Shown: positions 62,207-64,000 of the stretch, in pieces
How positions within the stretch are numbered: position 1 is the first letter of the stretch
Layout of the letters: every line of letters starts with the position of its first letter
NCBI GenBank assembly: GCA_963765765.1
Contig: CAVXYC010000025.1
Coordinates: 1 to 64,000, forward strand
DNA from: an uncultured Chloroflexia bacterium
GTDB taxonomy: Bacteria > Chloroflexota > UBA6077 > JACCZL01
Length of the DNA stretch: 64,000 bases
Reading direction: 5' to 3'
Notes under the pieces: generated by a model
Told to the model about the DNA's origin: nothing
Seen by the model: the letters and a program-made list of their open reading frames with translations, nothing else
The model's database searches: none
Translations under genes and position numbers: made by a program

Positions 62207-63691
62207 ATGTCGCTTTTTGTCGTACGACATCAGCATGACGCTGAGCGCTGTCCCGCCCAAGATCCGCATATGGGTGCGAGACTCCTCAATATCTTGAACC
62301 GCTCCAATGCGCGGGATCGCGGCATTCACATTCAGAGCGAGGCAGTTATCTCGGGAGAGCACACGCTTTTCATCACGCTGGAAGCGAATGACGAGTCAGC
62401 GCTTCGGGACTTTATGGAGCCGTTTGCTCGCATGGGAAGCGTCGAGATCTTCCCCGCGGCCACGTGCGCCCGTGTGGCGGCCAGTGGCGGCTGTGCGGCG
62501 CCGCTTCCGGACCTGGATCCCAATCTCCCGGCCGTTGATCCAGAAGACGCCTGCCAGATAGCGCTCGAGGCCGGTCTTGTCGTACATCGCGCCCATCCGC
62601 TGAACGGTGAGACCTCGATTCCGGCTCTCATCGGCGGCTCGGTGATGCCCAATGCCCATTTCTATGTGCGCAATCATTTCCAGATTCCACGCCTTGATCC
62701 CACCGGCTGGCGCCTCAATGTATCTGGCCAGGTTGAGCGACCGCTGCAATTGAGCCTGCGTGAGCTGCACGGAATGCCTTCGCAGACGCTCGTTGTCACG
62801 CTGGAGTGCGCCGGTAATGGCCGGTCCCAGCTAGAGCCGCGCGTCGATGGCGAGCAATGGGAGCTAGGCGCGGTGAGCACCGCCGAATGGACGGGTGTGC
62901 CGTTGAGAGAAGTGCTTGACCGCGTGGGGATCCGCCACAGTGAAGGGGAGATACTGTTCCGAGGTGCGGATGGCGGGACGGTTGATGGTGAAGAGGCGGC
63001 CATCCGTTTCGAGCGGAGTCTCCCGCTTGACATCGCTCGGAGCTCGGAAGCGTTGCTGGCCTACGCGATGAACGGAGAGCCGCTACCCGTGCACCATGGC
63101 TATCCCCTCCGTCTGATCATGCCGAGCTGGTACGCCGTAGCGTCGGTGAAGTGGCTCACGGATATCGAAGTTCGAGATCGGCCTGTGCTGGCGCATTTCC
63201 AGACGGCCCGGTACTTTTTTGAATGGCACCGAGATGGCCAGATCGTGCGCGAACCTGTGACGCTTCAACGCGTACGAGCCCTTGTAACCGAGCCAGCGCC
63301 AGACTCAGAGGTGGACAGCGGGGAGCTGGTGATTCGGGGTGTGGCCTGGTCAGGTGCGTCGCCGATCGCGCGAGTTGAGATAAGCACGGGCAATGGCCCA
63401 TGGCAAGATGCGCGGCTTGTGAGCGACCGCCGGCGCCATAGCTGGCAGTGGTGGGAGCTGCTCACCACTGTGAACCAGGCTGGTCCGACCACTATTCGCG
63501 CTCGGGCGACAGATTACGCGGGCCGCACCCAGCCGGACCAGCCCGAATGGAATCGCCTGGGATACGGAAACAACGCGGTCCAGACAGTGTCGATTCATGT
63601 TGTTCATGCCTTGAGCCCGGCGGGACTGGAGCGGCTGACATGTACTTCAAGCAGTTTCTCAACGAAGATTGCGGGTGCTCGTCATACCTGA
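62207..63691 (+). CDS. Sulfite oxidase family molybdoenzyme with an extra N-terminal ferredoxin-like domain
   Basis: FYVRNH, TLECAGNGR, AEWTGVPL, HGYPLR, SVKWL, GVAWSG, RARATD..GRTQP, WNRLGYGNN. The C-terminal tail overlapping the next gene may reflect an indel. Confidence 0.9.
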   Translation: MSLFVVRHQHDAERCPAQDPHMGARLLNILNRSNARDRGIHIQSEAVISGEHTLFITLEANDESALRDFMEPFARMGSVEIFPAATCARVAASGGCAAPLPDLDPNLPAVDPEDACQIALEAGLVVHRAHPLNGETSIPALIGGSVMPNAHFYVRNHFQIPRLDPTGWRLNVSGQVERPLQLSLRELHGMPSQTLVVTLECAGNGRSQLEPRVDGEQWELGAVSTAEWTGVPLREVLDRVGIRHSEGEILFRGADGGTVDGEEAAIRFERSLPLDIARSSEALLAYAMNGEPLPVHHGYPLRLIMPSWYAVASVKWLTDIEVRDRPVLAHFQTARYFFEWHRDGQIVREPVTLQRVRALVTEPAPDSEVDSGELVIRGVAWSGASPIARVEISTGNGPWQDARLVSDRRRHSWQWWELLTTVNQAGPTTIRARATDYAGRTQPDQPEWNRLGYGNNAVQTVSIHVVHALSPAGLERLTCTSSSFSTKIAGARHT

Positions 63692-64000
63692 TCGCCGCGC
63701 GCGATTCGCATGAGTGCGCGGTGGTGGACCCAGCACTGGATATCGAACCCTACCTGGAAGTCATGCGCGAACGGGAGATGACGCTGCGGTACGTCATCGA
63801 CACTCACTTGCACGCGGACCACGTGTCAGGAAACCGTCGCCTCGCGGCTGAGGGCGGCGTGCCGGTCTACCTGGGGCGCGACGCCGACGTACGGTTCCCG
63901 TTTGAGCCACTCCAGGATGGGCAAGTGCTGAGCCTGGGGCAAGTTTTACTCTCCGTTCTCCAAACGCCCGGCCATCGGCCAGAGTCGATCTCGCTATTGA
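63640..64000 (+). CDS. MBL-fold persulfide dioxygenase-like hydrolase (partial, runs off the window end)
   Basis: MYFKQFLNEDCGCSSYLI...VVDP...DTHLHADHVSG...TPGHRPESIS. Confidence 0.85.
   Translation, partial: MYFKQFLNEDCGCSSYLIAARDSHECAVVDPALDIEPYLEVMREREMTLRYVIDTHLHADHVSGNRRLAAEGGVPVYLGRDADVRFPFEPLQDGQVLSLGQVLLSVLQTPGHRPESISLL

Overview
This is a GC-rich bacterial chromosome segment. The gene repertoire suggests Chloroflexota (inference only). At least 15 otherwise intact genes are split by single-base frameshifts, most likely uncorrected long-read indels, so the ORF track both breaks and fuses genes. 1-31 kb holds mostly core and accessory metabolism: surface-polysaccharide genes, a rhomboid protease, a xanthine-dehydrogenase/CoxMSL-like set interrupted by an Fe3+ ABC transporter, ndk, bcp, an M20 amidohydrolase, an SLT transglycosylase, yybP-ykoY riboswitch-TerC, USP, a CPA2 antiporter, two PAP2 genes and an AbrB/Doc pair with a degenerate Fic motif. 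The best candidate for an undescribed system is the minus-strand cluster at 31.6-36.5 kb. An M6 (immune inhibitor A-like) metalloprotease with no evident signal peptide carries a C-terminal tail of 23 K-[D/E]-x repeats rich in Ser/Thr, followed by a compact segment (LEERVRVLEEALG...PFIDSSLRPDL). It is translationally coupled to a degenerate ATP-grasp-like protein, then a graspetide/RimK-type ATP-grasp ligase, a small unknown protein and a Gmad2-LysM protein. This looks like a protease that doubles as a multi-core substrate for Lys/Ser/Thr-Asp/Glu cross-linking. 41-44.4 kb is mobile debris: an IS110 pseudogene, a high-GC ArsR-SRPBCC-DHFR cassette, an IS256 end and the 3' half of a tRNA-Leu (att-like). 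To the right lies a probable island with STAND-type regulators, phage-like small ORFs, secreted proteins, a subtilase with a stand-alone prodomain gene, and a sulfite oxidase/persulfide dioxygenase pair.
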